Source: an uncultured Chloroflexota bacterium (GTDB taxonomy: Bacteria; Chloroflexota; Chloroflexia; Chloroflexales; Roseiflexaceae). From it: a stretch of 44,358 nt of DNA. The notes beneath the pieces are model-generated. The model saw only the letters and a program-made list of their open reading frames with translations. It searched no databases and was not told the DNA's origin. Shown here piece by piece: positions 26,096 through 35,734 of this stretch. Positions within the stretch are counted from its first letter, which is position 1. Each line of letters starts with the position of its first letter. The stretch lies in contig CALLZL010000290.1 of the NCBI GenBank assembly GCA_937859575.1, positions 1 to 44,358 of the forward strand, given 5' to 3'. The position numbers and the translations under genes were made by a program.

Positions 26096-26437
26096 TTACT
26101 GAGCCCCGAGCAGGCGTTCGACATTGGCAGCCTTCAGCACAAAGACCGTCGCACCGCCGACCTGCACTTCGACCGGTGCCGGTGGGTAAAACTCACCCGA
26201 TTCGGCAACCGGCGGGAGGGGCGAAACATAGCGTGTACGAGTATAGCAATGCTCGCGCACGACTTTAATAACCGGATCGACCTCGTGGTCACGGACAGCG
26301 GTGAGGAGCGTAACATTCCCCTCGCGCAGAAAGCCACCCTGACTACTGATGCGTGTCACCCGATGCCCCTGTGCGGTCATAGCCTCAAGCAGATCACCGG
26401 CATCGGCTCGTTGGACGACTGCGATCACCAGTTTCAT
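26096..26437 (-). CDS. darA: Cyclic-di-AMP receptor DarA/PstA family PII-like protein (full length)
   Basis: MKLVIAVVQRADAGDLLEAMTAQGHRVTRISSQGGFLREGNVTLL...PVEVQVGGATVFVL matches the YaaQ/DUF970 family over its whole length. Lies directly downstream of tmk, as I recall for Bacillus. Confidence 0.85.
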   Translation of the reverse strand: MKLVIAVVQRADAGDLLEAMTAQGHRVTRISSQGGFLREGNVTLLTAVRDHEVDPVIKVVREHCYTRTRYVSPLPPVAESGEFYPPAPVEVQVGGATVFVLKAANVERLLGAQ

Positions 26438-26507
26438 GGCGTTCCCTTTCAGATCAGGTGTCTCTCGGCTCTACTAGTGTTGTGCTGCAGTATAGCCGAG
26501 AAATGAA

Positions 26508-27224
26508 CTATCGGCTATCTGTCAGTGACTCAAGAGTTGTGATGCGACGGAGCTTGGCGGTAATCGCATGGAGTATCTGCTCGGCCAGGGTATCGATTGG
26601 TTGACGTGCATCAAACACTTGCCACCGTTCGGTATCCTGGGCAATCAGATCGCGATAGCCGGCTTCGACGCGCTGATGATAGGCAAGTTCGCGGGCATCG
26701 AGCCGGTTCCATTCAACAACCGGCTGGCGCGAATCGAGAATCTGGCTGAGTGATGAGCTGCGCTGGCGCATTTCGTGCTGTTTGCGCTGCTTGCGTTCGA
26801 GCCCTTCTTCGGCACTGAGATCAAGATAGATCGTCACATCCGGTCGCAGGCCCCCCGTCGCAGCAGCCGTAATCGCCCGCAGTTCGTCGATATCGCGGCC
26901 AAGGCCGTACCCCTGGTAGGCGTAGGTCGAATCGGCATAGCGATCGCAAAGCACGATCCCCCCCTGATCGAGATACGGCCGGATGACTTCGCTTACGAGT
27001 TGGGCGCGTGCCGCCGAGAAGAGCAGTGTCTCGGTGGTGGGCGCCATCTCGGTATGTTGCAGGTCGAGCACAATCCGCCGAATCAGATCGCCGATCCGGG
27101 TGCCGCCCGGCTCACGCACCAGGATGACGGGGTAGCGCATGGCATGAAGCTGTTCGTAGAGCAGGCGCGCCTGCGTGCTCTTCCCACTGCCCTCGGGGCC
27201 TTCGAATGTCAAAAACAGGCTCAT
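26508..27224 (-). CDS. tmk: Thymidylate kinase
   Basis: [37 protein letters not shown] overlaps the upstream stop (ATGA). Confidence 0.93.
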   Translation of the reverse strand: MSLFLTFEGPEGSGKSTQARLLYEQLHAMRYPVILVREPGGTRIGDLIRRIVLDLQHTEMAPTTETLLFSAARAQLVSEVIRPYLDQGGIVLCDRYADSTYAYQGYGLGRDIDELRAITAAATGGLRPDVTIYLDLSAEEGLERKQRKQHEMRQRSSSLSQILDSRQPVVEWNRLDARELAYHQRVEAGYRDLIAQDTERWQVFDARQPIDTLAEQILHAITAKLRRITTLESLTDSR

Positions 27225-28864
27225 CGTGATATTTTCACCCGCCGATGCGGCTCACGGCCGCGACTTTCTGATTGTATATTATAACGCTCGGCCATCTGAT
27301 GTTGTAGCCGGCGCACATACCCACTGCGCGGCATCAGTTCGACGGTACGCCGTTCGCCGTTGAGGATCTGGTTGATCGCCGTTTCGGTTTCGAGCATGGC
27401 ATCGGCAAGCAGATCTTCATCGTCGCTCCGCCGCCGCACGACATCACGCTCAAGATTCTCTTCGGCAAGCTGGAAGACATCGATAAGCTGGCGCTCCATC
27501 TGCATGGTCGTGTTGTTGCGCAGCACATACACCGGCACGCCACGGTCTTCGGCCTGGCGCACCCGCTGAGCCCCCTGGCGATAATAGTTCTTCAATGTCA
27601 TTACCATGGTGGCTTCTTGCATGTCGCGCACAATGGTTGCCGGAACATGCAGATTACCAATGGCTCGTTCGAGCCGATCACGGCTGACGCCGAATGGATA
27701 GATGCGCTGGGGAGTCATACCGGATCCGGCCGGCTGGGCCGCAGCCGTGGTATTGCGCGGCGGTGTTGCATTACGATGGCTGCCGTTACTGCCCCGCTCG
27801 CGCTGGCCACTGCGGCGCGGTATACCCTCGATTCCTGCCTCGGGCGGTGCCCACCCGCCGCTGACGATCGCAATCTGGCCGTCTTCATCGCGCTTACGTG
27901 CTTCCTGGGGCGCTATTTCGCCGCGCAGGAGCGCATCGACAGCAGTGGCAACTTCCTGGTAGACGGTCACTTCATCCCAGCTCTGGATCTCGACCAGAAT
28001 ATCGAAGGTTGGTGGTGCTTTGCGTTCGAGGACGGTCTTCTGGGTGCCGCGTCGGCGTGCTTCTTCATCCCCCAGGGTAACGGCCTGGATGCCACCAATC
28101 AGATCCGAGAGGGTCGGATTCGACAGCAGGTTATCGAGCGTCTGCCCGTGGGCGGTGCCGATCAGTTGCACGCCGCGTTCGGCGATGGTGCGGGCTGCGA
28201 GCGCTTCGAGCTCGGTTCCGATCTCATCGATGACGATCACTTCCGGCATATGATTTTCGACGGCCTCGATCATCACGGCGTGCTGTTCGGAAGGGCGTGG
28301 CACCTGCATGCGGCGGGCGCGCCCGATTCCGGGATGCGGGATATCGCCGTCGCCGGCGATTTCGTTTGAAGTATCGACAATCACCACCCGTTTGCGCAAC
28401 TCTTCGGCCAGGACACGCGCCGTTTCGCGCAGGAGGGTCGTCTTGCCGACACCCGGTTTGCCGAGCAACAGCACGCTACGCCCCGACTCGACGAGGTCGC
28501 GCAGGATGCTGATGGTACCGAAGACGGCCCGCCCGACGCGGCATGTGAGGCCGATCACACGCCCGGCGCGGTTACGCATTGCCGAGATGCGGTGCAATGT
28601 TCGTGGGATGCCGGCACGGTTATCTTCGCCGAAGGCACCGATACGGCTCACCAGGTAATCAATATCTTCCTGGGTGATCTCACGATCACTGAGGAACAGT
28701 TCGCGATCGCGGTAGCGTGCTTCGGGCAGGCGACCAAGATCCATGATGACTTCAAGCAGATCTTCTTTGCGATCGGGCACGGCATCGAGCGCATCGCGGA
28801 TATGCGGCGGCAGAGCCGGCAAGAGAAGATCGATATTACTTGTGATATCGTGCTGGTCTAGCAT
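27221..28864 (-). CDS. SpoIIIAA/Ycf45-like AAA ATPase with C-terminal R3H nucleic-acid-binding domain
   Basis: Walker [16 protein letters not shown], Walker B VIVIDEIG, and C-terminal [35 protein letters not shown] (R3H-like). Confidence 0.8.
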   Translation of the reverse strand: MLDQHDITSNIDLLLPALPPHIRDALDAVPDRKEDLLEVIMDLGRLPEARYRDRELFLSDREITQEDIDYLVSRIGAFGEDNRAGIPRTLHRISAMRNRAGRVIGLTCRVGRAVFGTISILRDLVESGRSVLLLGKPGVGKTTLLRETARVLAEELRKRVVIVDTSNEIAGDGDIPHPGIGRARRMQVPRPSEQHAVMIEAVENHMPEVIVIDEIGTELEALAARTIAERGVQLIGTAHGQTLDNLLSNPTLSDLIGGIQAVTLGDEEARRRGTQKTVLERKAPPTFDILVEIQSWDEVTVYQEVATAVDALLRGEIAPQEARKRDEDGQIAIVSGGWAPPEAGIEGIPRRSGQRERGSNGSHRNATPPRNTTAAAQPAGSGMTPQRIYPFGVSRDRLERAIGNLHVPATIVRDMQEATMVMTLKNYYRQGAQRVRQAEDRGVPVYVLRNNTTMQMERQLIDVFQLAEENLERDVVRRRSDDEDLLADAMLETETAINQILNGERRTVELMPRSGYVRRLQHQMAERYNIQSESRGREPHRRVKISR

Positions 28865-29861
28865 ACGTAAACCTCACATCCTCGGGTGGCGAGGAGATGG
28901 TTGCGATCGGGGTGTTCGGTTCAGGTTGGGCATCGAGTGCCGGATTCAGAATCGAACGTCGAACGGTAACGGTGCTCTGGCGGGTCAGCAGGATCTGCTC
29001 ACCGATCGGCTGAAAACCGAGATCACTGGCAGGCAGAACGAGTTCCTGCTGATATTCGCGCAGCAACAAATAGACGGGCAGCGTGTCCGGCAGTTGGCCG
29101 AGGCCGAACCGCAACAGGTCGGTCGTCAGTTCACGCTGTTCGGGTCTGAGCAAGAGCGTCAAGACATGCGCCGTCGGGCCGCTGGTCAGGTGCAGATACG
29201 CATTGAAATCGTCGTCGCGACCGACGACCCATGCCCGGCGATGGGGGCGGTTCCAGCCACGGGTGAGCGGCAGCATCCAATCGCGGGCGGCGCGTGTTTC
29301 GGCGATCTGCACGGTGCGCGGCGTAACCGCGCCATACAGCTTCTGGATGGCCCAGACATCGCGGCGCGATTGGGGCCGCATGGGTGCCAGAGTAGTGCCC
29401 TGATCGAGATCAGGGCCTTCGAGGCGCAGTACCATCTGCTGCGAATAGGCGCTAAAGCCAAGCTGGCGAAAGACCTCGCGCAGTTCGTCGTGGCGATGGG
29501 AGAGGGCGGCATAGAAGCGTTGCACGCCATTGCGGCCGGTGGCGCTGCAGAGCACTTCGAGCACACGAAACCAGGCATCCGGGTCGGTCGGGTAACCCTG
29601 GCCGCCGCCATAGGCTGCGAGCATAACGATATCGTGTTCAGGGCGGCCGTTGCGCCCTTCAGATTGCGCAATCGCCTGCATGCCGCGTTCACGGAAGACG
29701 AACGTCGCACCATCGCGCCCGCTTGCTTCAAGCATCGAACGTAATGTAAACCAAGCAGGGCGATGCGGCAATGCCAGCATAGCCTCGTGATACAGCATCA
29801 CAAGGCTGCGCGGTTTGCGCCTAATGGTCCAGATATCGGCAAGTGTTGCTGGTCGTATCAT
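28836..29861 (-). CDS. Hypothetical protein with two GNAT-like halves
   Basis: [12 protein letters not shown]..., ...[20 protein letters not shown] and ...[15 protein letters not shown] resemble two degenerate acetyltransferase folds. No clear acetyl-CoA Q/RxxGxG/A motif seen. Confidence 0.55.
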   Translation of the reverse strand: MIRPATLADIWTIRRKPRSLVMLYHEAMLALPHRPAWFTLRSMLEASGRDGATFVFRERGMQAIAQSEGRNGRPEHDIVMLAAYGGGQGYPTDPDAWFRVLEVLCSATGRNGVQRFYAALSHRHDELREVFRQLGFSAYSQQMVLRLEGPDLDQGTTLAPMRPQSRRDVWAIQKLYGAVTPRTVQIAETRAARDWMLPLTRGWNRPHRRAWVVGRDDDFNAYLHLTSGPTAHVLTLLLRPEQRELTTDLLRFGLGQLPDTLPVYLLLREYQQELVLPASDLGFQPIGEQILLTRQSTVTVRRSILNPALDAQPEPNTPIATISSPPEDVRFTYARPARYHK

Positions 29862-29892
29862 ACAATCGGCAGGAGCGCCTGCACCAAGCTAG

Positions 29893-30462
29893 TCAGAGTT
29901 CCAGAAAATAGCGATGAACCCGTTCGTCGCGAGTCAGCTCGGGATGGAAGCAGGTTGCCAGCAGATGCGCCTGTTGTGCGGCAACGATGGCACCATCGGC
30001 GAGCCGGGCGAGCACCTGCACCTTCGGGCCGGGTTGTTCGAGGATCGGTGCACGGATGAAGACCGCGTGATGGGGCGCTTCACCAATGGCATCGATCATC
30101 AGATCGGCCTCGAAGCTATCAAGCTGGCTGCCGAAGGCATTACGGCGGGCGGTCAGATCCATCAACCCGAGGGTTGGCTGTTCGTCGCGCCCGTCGGTGA
30201 TCCGGCGCGAGAGCAGGATCGCACCGGCGCAGGTACCCCAGAGCGGCATCCCCTGAGCGACGCGTTCGCGGATCGGTTCGATCAGGCGATAGATCGCCAG
30301 CAGTTTACCGATCGTTGTGCTTTCGCCGCCCGGGATGATCAGACGCTCGACCTGTGCAAGATGGCGTGGCAGGCGCACTTCGCATACTTCCGCACCGATA
30401 CGGTGCAGCATGACCGCATGTTCGCGAAAATCACCCTGTAGTGCGAGCACTCCAACTGTCAT
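29893..30462 (-). CDS. pdxT: Pyridoxal 5'-phosphate synthase glutaminase subunit PdxT
   Basis: [18 protein letters not shown] (catalytic Cys), FHPEL. Confidence 0.95.
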   Translation of the reverse strand: MTVGVLALQGDFREHAVMLHRIGAEVCEVRLPRHLAQVERLIIPGGESTTIGKLLAIYRLIEPIRERVAQGMPLWGTCAGAILLSRRITDGRDEQPTLGLMDLTARRNAFGSQLDSFEADLMIDAIGEAPHHAVFIRAPILEQPGPKVQVLARLADGAIVAAQQAHLLATCFHPELTRDERVHRYFLEL

Positions 30463-30474
30463 GGTTGCCTTTGC

Positions 30475-31356
30475 CTACCAGCCGCGCCCGGCCATCAACT
30501 GCTCGTGCGGGATATCGCCGATGTTGATGCCGACCATCGCTTCACCAAGCCCTTTGCTCACCTCGGCAATGATCTCGGGATCGTTATAGTGGGTTGTCGC
30601 CTCGACGATTGCCCGTGCGCGCCGCGCCGGATCGCCCGATTTGAAGATACCGGAACCAACAAAGACCCCATCGACGCCGAGTTGCATCATGAGTGCCGCA
30701 TCAGCCGGGGTAGCGATCCCGCCGGCCGCGAAGTTGACAACCGGCAGCCGGCCGAGTTCGGCAACCTGGCGCACCAGTTCGTAGGGTGCCTGCAGGTTTT
30801 TTGCGGCGCTGAAGAGCTCATCGGCGTTCATGTTCTGGAGCCGGCGGATCTCGCCATTGACGGTGCGTGCGTGGCGTACCGCCTCGACGACATTGCCGGT
30901 GCCGGCTTCGCCCTTGGTGCGCAGCATGGCGGCACCTTCGGCAATGCGGCGTAGCGCTTCGCCCAGGTTGCGGCATCCGCACACAAACGGGATCTTGAAG
31001 TTATGCTTGTTAATATGGTGTTCTTCATCGGCCGGCGTCAGCACCTCGCTCTCGTCGATATAGTCGATCCCGAGCGATTCGATGATCTGTGCTTCGACGA
31101 AGTGGCCGATACGCGCTTTGGCCATCACCGGGATGGTTACCGATTCTTTGATGCGCACAATCAGTTCCGGATCGCTCATACGCGCCACGCCACCCTGAGC
31201 ACGAATATCGGCCGGGACACGTTCGAGTGCCATGACGGCGACGGCACCGGCTTCTTCAGCAATTTTTGCCTGTTCGGCAGTTACAACATCCATAATGACA
31301 CCGCCCTTGAGCATTTGCGCCAGGCCGGCTTTGGTTGTCCAAGTTGATTTTTCCAT
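30475..31356 (-). CDS. pdxS: Pyridoxal 5'-phosphate synthase lyase subunit PdxS
   Basis: [41 protein letters not shown]. Start at the second ATG (31356), 8 nt after AAGGAG. The ORF-track start at 31452 adds a non-homologous leader. Confidence 0.95.
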   Translation of the reverse strand: MEKSTWTTKAGLAQMLKGGVIMDVVTAEQAKIAEEAGAVAVMALERVPADIRAQGGVARMSDPELIVRIKESVTIPVMAKARIGHFVEAQIIESLGIDYIDESEVLTPADEEHHINKHNFKIPFVCGCRNLGEALRRIAEGAAMLRTKGEAGTGNVVEAVRHARTVNGEIRRLQNMNADELFSAAKNLQAPYELVRQVAELGRLPVVNFAAGGIATPADAALMMQLGVDGVFVGSGIFKSGDPARRARAIVEATTHYNDPEIIAEVSKGLGEAMVGINIGDIPHEQLMAGRGW

Positions 31357-31396
31357 GGACATTTCTCCTTCAATGCAATGCGATTTTGTTGGCTCT

Positions 31397-31405
31397 ATTG
31401 TACCA
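31397..31405 (-). promoter_or_regulatory. Extended -10 promoter candidate upstream of pdxS
   Basis: Minus strand reads TGgTACAAT about 40 nt before ATG 31356. Confidence 0.4.
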
Positions 31406-31512
31406 TACCAGGCTATTTCCGGTAGGGGAAGGGACAATCCGCGGGGCAACACCAGGCCATCAGGGCGCGGTGCTGCCTGCGATAGTATGTCGGGCCGGGC
31501 GGCTCGGTATGA

Positions 31513-32190
31513 TCAGCTTTGCCCTTTATGCGGAATGGGTGCTGATGTACCGGCAGAGGAATAGGGCATGAGGGATGGCGGGTGGTGATCACCGGCCTGG
31601 GCACGCAGGCGTTCGAAGAGATGGGAACGCAACTGGCGCAGGCGTTCCTGGTAGGCCGGCTCGCGGATCGAATCCGTCCACATCATCAGAGCATCTTCGT
31701 TATTGTCGGTATAGTAGCGCTGACGTGTACCGGCAGGGCGGAAGCCATACTTCAGGTAGAGTTGCTGTGCGATATTGTTGCTCACCCGCACTTCGAGCGT
31801 CAGCACCGTAGCGCCGAGACCAAGAGCTTCATCGATCAACCCGGCGAGAATGAGCTCGCCAAGGCCATGGCCGCGCCATTCGGGGGCAACGGCGATGGTT
31901 GTGATATGCCCTTCCGTCAAACTCAGCCAGACGCCGCCATAGCCGACGATCGGAAACGGGCTGGGTGGCGTCTGGTTGCGGAGAAACAGGGCGAAGAGGC
32001 GGGTAAGCCAGTGATGCTGCGGCGCGGCCTGTACCGGATTGGGTGGTGGCGGGGTCGGTGACGCACGCACAACAATATAACGGCTCCCGTGGGGATTGCG
32101 CAGTTCGCGGCGGTAGGTAGCCGCCGACCAGAGCGTTGTGAAACTGCGCTGTTCGATCTCGCGAACACGCTCGATATCACGTTCGGTCAT
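31513..32190 (-). CDS. rimI: GNAT N-acetyltransferase, RimI-like, with internal insertion and C-terminal extension
   Basis: MTERDIERVREIEQRSFTTLWS, ITTIAVAPEWRGHGLGELIL (acetyl-CoA motif), LEVRVSNNIAQQLYLKYGF. Start chosen at ATG 32190; the ORF-track TTG at 32277 is less likely. Confidence 0.7.
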   Translation of the reverse strand: MTERDIERVREIEQRSFTTLWSAATYRRELRNPHGSRYIVVRASPTPPPPNPVQAAPQHHWLTRLFALFLRNQTPPSPFPIVGYGGVWLSLTEGHITTIAVAPEWRGHGLGELILAGLIDEALGLGATVLTLEVRVSNNIAQQLYLKYGFRPAGTRQRYYTDNNEDALMMWTDSIREPAYQERLRQLRSHLFERLRAQAGDHHPPSLMPYSSAGTSAPIPHKGQS

Positions 32191-32292
32191 TGGCTCGATG
32201 AAGAAGTACACGCATACACCGTTGATCGGTATGTTTAGCTGGTCGGAGTGACGATCCGCGTGACCGGAAGCAGCCAACGGCAGCAGTGCATG

Positions 32293-33111
32293 CTACGGTT
32301 GCGGCTCCAATGCACGTGCCGGGCCGGTTACGATAAGCTGTGCCGGGTAGGCACCATCGCGACCGAAGGCACCACCGCCACTGAACTCACCAGTCACTTC
32401 AACCAGGCCCCAGACATAGCTGTTATTTGGGCCGATCGTCAGATCTGCGGAAACATCGGGCGGGAAGCCTTCCATCCAGATGACGGCTCCGACCGGTTGT
32501 GGGCTGCTCCCGTCTTCCTCGGTCGAGATCCCCTCGGCCAGCACATAGATCACCGAATTCCAGAAGTAATACCCGCGGGTGGTAACCACCTGGCCGGAAT
32601 GGGCCGCCGGATTGCGCACCAGATCGAAGAGCGATACCTGGCCGGCGGCAGCCGGTGCATCCGGGATGCGCACCTCGGTGCGGCGGATCTGGTCGATTGC
32701 TTCGGCGCTCACCACACTGATACGATGCTGGAATGCAGCATCCGGCCCGTAGCCCCCGCCGGTCTCGAAGCGACCACTGACCCGCACAAAGCCGTAGACA
32801 GCATCGCCGGGGCGGTGGAGATTGGCAGTGATCGCTTCGGGGAAGCCTTCGAGGAAGATCTGTTCGCCGAGCGGCTGGGCATCGAGCCCGTTATCGAGCG
32901 TGCTGACACCGAGCGCAAGCACCGGCCCGGGGGTGTTCGGCCGGCTGATATAGGCTCCGGAGACAACCACTTCGCGACCGTTGAATTCCTGCGGGCGCTC
33001 GATCAGATCCGGAACATAGAGCGAACCGTCATCGCCGCCACAGGCGGCCAACAGCGACACAAACGCCAGCATGACGGCTGCAGCGAGGATTGTACGAAAC
33101 CACAAACGCAT
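32293..33111 (-). CDS. Lipoprotein of unknown function with internal duplication
   Basis: MRLWFRTILAAAVMLAFVSLLAACGG (signal peptide plus lipobox). Two similar halves (...EGFPEAITANLHRPGDAVYGFVRVSGRFETGGGYGPD... / ...EGFPPDVSADLTIGPNNSYVWGLVEVTGEFSGGGAFGRD...). Confidence 0.7.
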   Translation of the reverse strand: MRLWFRTILAAAVMLAFVSLLAACGGDDGSLYVPDLIERPQEFNGREVVVSGAYISRPNTPGPVLALGVSTLDNGLDAQPLGEQIFLEGFPEAITANLHRPGDAVYGFVRVSGRFETGGGYGPDAAFQHRISVVSAEAIDQIRRTEVRIPDAPAAAGQVSLFDLVRNPAAHSGQVVTTRGYYFWNSVIYVLAEGISTEEDGSSPQPVGAVIWMEGFPPDVSADLTIGPNNSYVWGLVEVTGEFSGGGAFGRDGAYPAQLIVTGPARALEPQP

Positions 33112-33273
33112 AGGTGCGCATCTCAACGCCTGGCGACGCCGAAACGCCACCGGCTACGACGCTCGCGCCACGTGTTAAGATGGCGGAGCAACGAATTCAG
33201 GTAGGATGAATCCCGCTCGCATTATAGAAGTGGCGGCGATGCTTGTCAAAGCAAGGTACGAGAGGAGCCTGGT

Positions 33274-33843
33274 GTGTACGATGAGGATCGCGGTCGTTTC
33301 CCACCCTGGGTGATTGGGTTGCTGATTGCAGGGGTGTTGATTGTGCTTGGCGGCCGGCTGCAGCTTGGCAACCCGACACTGATGCATGAGTTTTCGGTAC
33401 GGGCGACACCGCCGGGCGCCCCGTTGGAGCTGCCGGCGCTTGCCGAATTATCACCTGAAACCGAGCGCATGGTGCGAGAGTTGCGTGAGCGCTTCGAAGG
33501 AGGTGCGGCAATACCGCCACTGACACCAACGGCCAACGATTCTCGATTGGTGGTCATAGTGCAGGAACTCCGCCGGAATGGCGACCGTGTACAGATCCGT
33601 GGCGTACTCCGCAATACCGCCGCCGCCCCGATGATCATCCAACCGGGTGCCTTTGCCTTCCGCGACAGCAGCGGTGTGACATACGGCACCGATAGCCTCG
33701 GCGGCGCAACTATTGACCCCGCTGGTGAGATACCCTTCGATCTTGCCGTTCCGCTGCCGGCCGAGCGTGGCCTGACGTTGATCCTCTCGATCCCCCCCGA
33801 ACCGCCGCTTGAGTTGATCCTCTTGTTGCCTCAGGCGATGTAA
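33274..33843 (+). CDS. Hypothetical membrane-anchored protein
   Basis: GTG start 6 nt after AGAGGAG. N-terminal TM helix PPWVIGLLIAGVLIVLGG. No family recognised. Confidence 0.55.
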   Translation: MYDEDRGRFPPWVIGLLIAGVLIVLGGRLQLGNPTLMHEFSVRATPPGAPLELPALAELSPETERMVRELRERFEGGAAIPPLTPTANDSRLVVIVQELRRNGDRVQIRGVLRNTAAAPMIIQPGAFAFRDSSGVTYGTDSLGGATIDPAGEIPFDLAVPLPAERGLTLILSIPPEPPLELILLLPQAM

Positions 33844-33918
33844 CTGCTCGGCCCGCACAGCGCGGTTGAGTAACGAGCGCATGCCGCCTCGACGTATGGG
33901 GCGGTTTTGTGGTTGCCG

Positions 33919-33951
33919 GCACAACATGTGCGCAACATGTACGCAACATGG
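33919..33951 (+). repeat. Three tandem 11-bp direct repeats (GCACAACATGT GCGCAACATGT ACGCAACATGG)
   Basis: Read directly from the sequence. One-helical-turn periodicity, each unit containing CAACATG. Immediately upstream of a TGcTAGAGT extended -10-like motif (33955-33963) and the SCP2/beta-oxidation operon. Confidence 0.7.
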
Positions 33952-34007
33952 CCATGCTAGAGTTTACGAATATACCGAGTTCGTTAGCCATACCGAGGAA
34001 GGACATC

Positions 34008-34556
34008 ATGAGCGAGATCCCGACGCCGCAGACGTATCTGACTGACACCCTGCCGACCCGGTTCGCGGCGGCAACCGCCGCCGCCACCGCTGAGATCCAC
34101 AACCAGCCGGAGCTCCTGGTGGCCTATTCGATCGAGGCCGATCCACCCGTTACATGCTGGTATCGCATTGCCGAGGGGACGCTGACGGTCTCGCAGGAGC
34201 CGATCGCTCCCTGCGATATGCGCATCAGTATCGGCGAACCGAGCTGGCGGGCAGCGGTGGCGCATGGGTCGAATGAATGGTTTATCGATTATTACCTGCG
34301 TGGGAAGATAGATACCGTCAAGAGCCTGCAGGGAAAGGTTGGCCTGGAGCTCGATCGCGATGACGGCTCGACCTACGAAACGACCATCACTTTCGCCGAT
34401 CAGGAAGAACCAGCCGTGGTGATCTCGATGACAACCGACGATTATGCGGCGATGATGAGTGGTGAACTGAACGGCAATATGGCCTTCATGACGGGTAAAT
34501 TGCGGTTTGAAGGGAGCCTGCCGCTGTTGTTGAAACTTGGTGCCTTGAGTGGGTAA
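34008..34556 (+). CDS. SCP2 sterol/lipid-carrier domain protein
   Basis: C-terminal DYAAMMSGELNGNMAFMTGKLRFEGSLPLLLKLGAL is a typical SCP2 motif. GAGGAAGGA RBS before ATG 34008. Confidence 0.75.
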   Translation: MSEIPTPQTYLTDTLPTRFAAATAAATAEIHNQPELLVAYSIEADPPVTCWYRIAEGTLTVSQEPIAPCDMRISIGEPSWRAAVAHGSNEWFIDYYLRGKIDTVKSLQGKVGLELDRDDGSTYETTITFADQEEPAVVISMTTDDYAAMMSGELNGNMAFMTGKLRFEGSLPLLLKLGALSG

Positions 34557-34625
34557 GGGGGCAGCGAGACCGCGCCTGGCTGGTTCTTGCCCGGTGCCCG
34601 CACCATAACCAGGAGGAGGTTTTTG

Positions 34626-35720
34626 ATGATCTCGTTTACTCCTACCGAAGAGCAGCAGCTTATCAGTGATACGGTGCGGCGTTATGCCGCCGAGCGGCTG
34701 CGCCCGGCCGCCCACGATGCCGACGAAACGCGCAGTACACCGCTGGAGGTGATTGCACGCTGCTGGGATCTTGGCCTGTTGCCGAGCGCCATCCCCGAAG
34801 TTGATGGCGGTTTTGGCGATGCACATGCGACGATAAGCGGGGTGCTGGCGGCCGAGGAACTGGCCTATGGTGATCTGCCGATCAGCCTGTATCTGCTGAC
34901 ACCCGGCCTGTTTGGGTTGCCGATTGCCCATGCCGGCACGGCTGAGCAGAAAGAGCGCTGGTTGCCGCATCTGCTCGGTGATACCTTTGCGCCGTATACA
35001 GCGGCATGTATTGAGCCGATCTGGAACTTCGATCCGACCGCCATGCAGACGACGGCAACTCGTGATGGGGATTCGTACCTGCTGAGCGGCCAGAAGGCGT
35101 ATGTACCACTGGCTGCCGATGCGGCGGCCATGCTGATCTATGCCCGCGAAGGGCAGGCAACCCAGATCTTTATTGTTGAGCGCGGCAGTGAAGGGCTTGA
35201 GATCCTCGATCGCGAGCAGCACATGGGGTTGCGTGCTCTGCCGACTTACGGCGTGCGGCTGGAGGATGTGCGCGAGGCGGCGGCCGCCCGACTCGGCGGT
35301 GAGCAGGGGATCGACAGCCGGCGATTACTGGATCGCTCGCGGGTGGCGCTCGGGGCACTCGCGGTTGGCGTTGCACGCGCCGCCTATGAGTATGCCCGTG
35401 AGTATGCATTGCAGCGTGAAGCGTTTGGTAAGCCGATTGCGCAAAACCAGGCACTTGCCTTCATGCTTGCCGAAATGGCGATCGAGATCGATGCCGCACG
35501 CCTGATGACCTGGGAGGCAGCCTGGCAGCTTGATCAGCAGCTTGATGCAACCCGCCAGGCTGTGCTGGCCCGCCAGTATGCCGACGAAGCCGTGTTGATG
35601 GTGGCCGACCGCGCCGTGCAGATCCTGGGTGGTCATGGCTACATCCGCGAGCATCCAGTTGAACGCTGGTTGCGTGAAGCCCGTGGGTTTACGACGATCC
35701 TCGGCATGGCAATGGTGTAA
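34626..35720 (+). CDS. Acyl-CoA dehydrogenase family protein lacking the usual C-terminal catalytic Glu
   Basis: ACAD fold throughout (FTPTEEQQLISDTVRRYA..., REAFGKPIAQNQALAFMLAEM). The C-terminus reads WLREARGFTTILG where the neighbour has DARINDIYEGTGQI. AGGAGGAGG RBS. Confidence 0.85.
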   Translation: MISFTPTEEQQLISDTVRRYAAERLRPAAHDADETRSTPLEVIARCWDLGLLPSAIPEVDGGFGDAHATISGVLAAEELAYGDLPISLYLLTPGLFGLPIAHAGTAEQKERWLPHLLGDTFAPYTAACIEPIWNFDPTAMQTTATRDGDSYLLSGQKAYVPLAADAAAMLIYAREGQATQIFIVERGSEGLEILDREQHMGLRALPTYGVRLEDVREAAAARLGGEQGIDSRRLLDRSRVALGALAVGVARAAYEYAREYALQREAFGKPIAQNQALAFMLAEMAIEIDAARLMTWEAAWQLDQQLDATRQAVLARQYADEAVLMVADRAVQILGGHGYIREHPVERWLREARGFTTILGMAMV

Positions 35721-35734
35721 GAAGGAGCAGTAGC

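Noticed and set aside
28743-29744. 333-aa plus-strand ORF opposite the double-GNAT-like gene, and 32248..33204 opposite the lipoprotein gene
   Set aside because: The minus-strand products have sensible N-termini (acetyltransferase-like start; signal peptide plus lipobox) and fit the co-directional operon. The plus-strand frames look like high-GC antisense artefacts.
33984-35222. 412-aa minus-strand ORF spanning the SCP2 and first ACAD genes
   Set aside because: It crosses an intergenic gap and two well-supported plus-strand genes, and has antisense-type composition.
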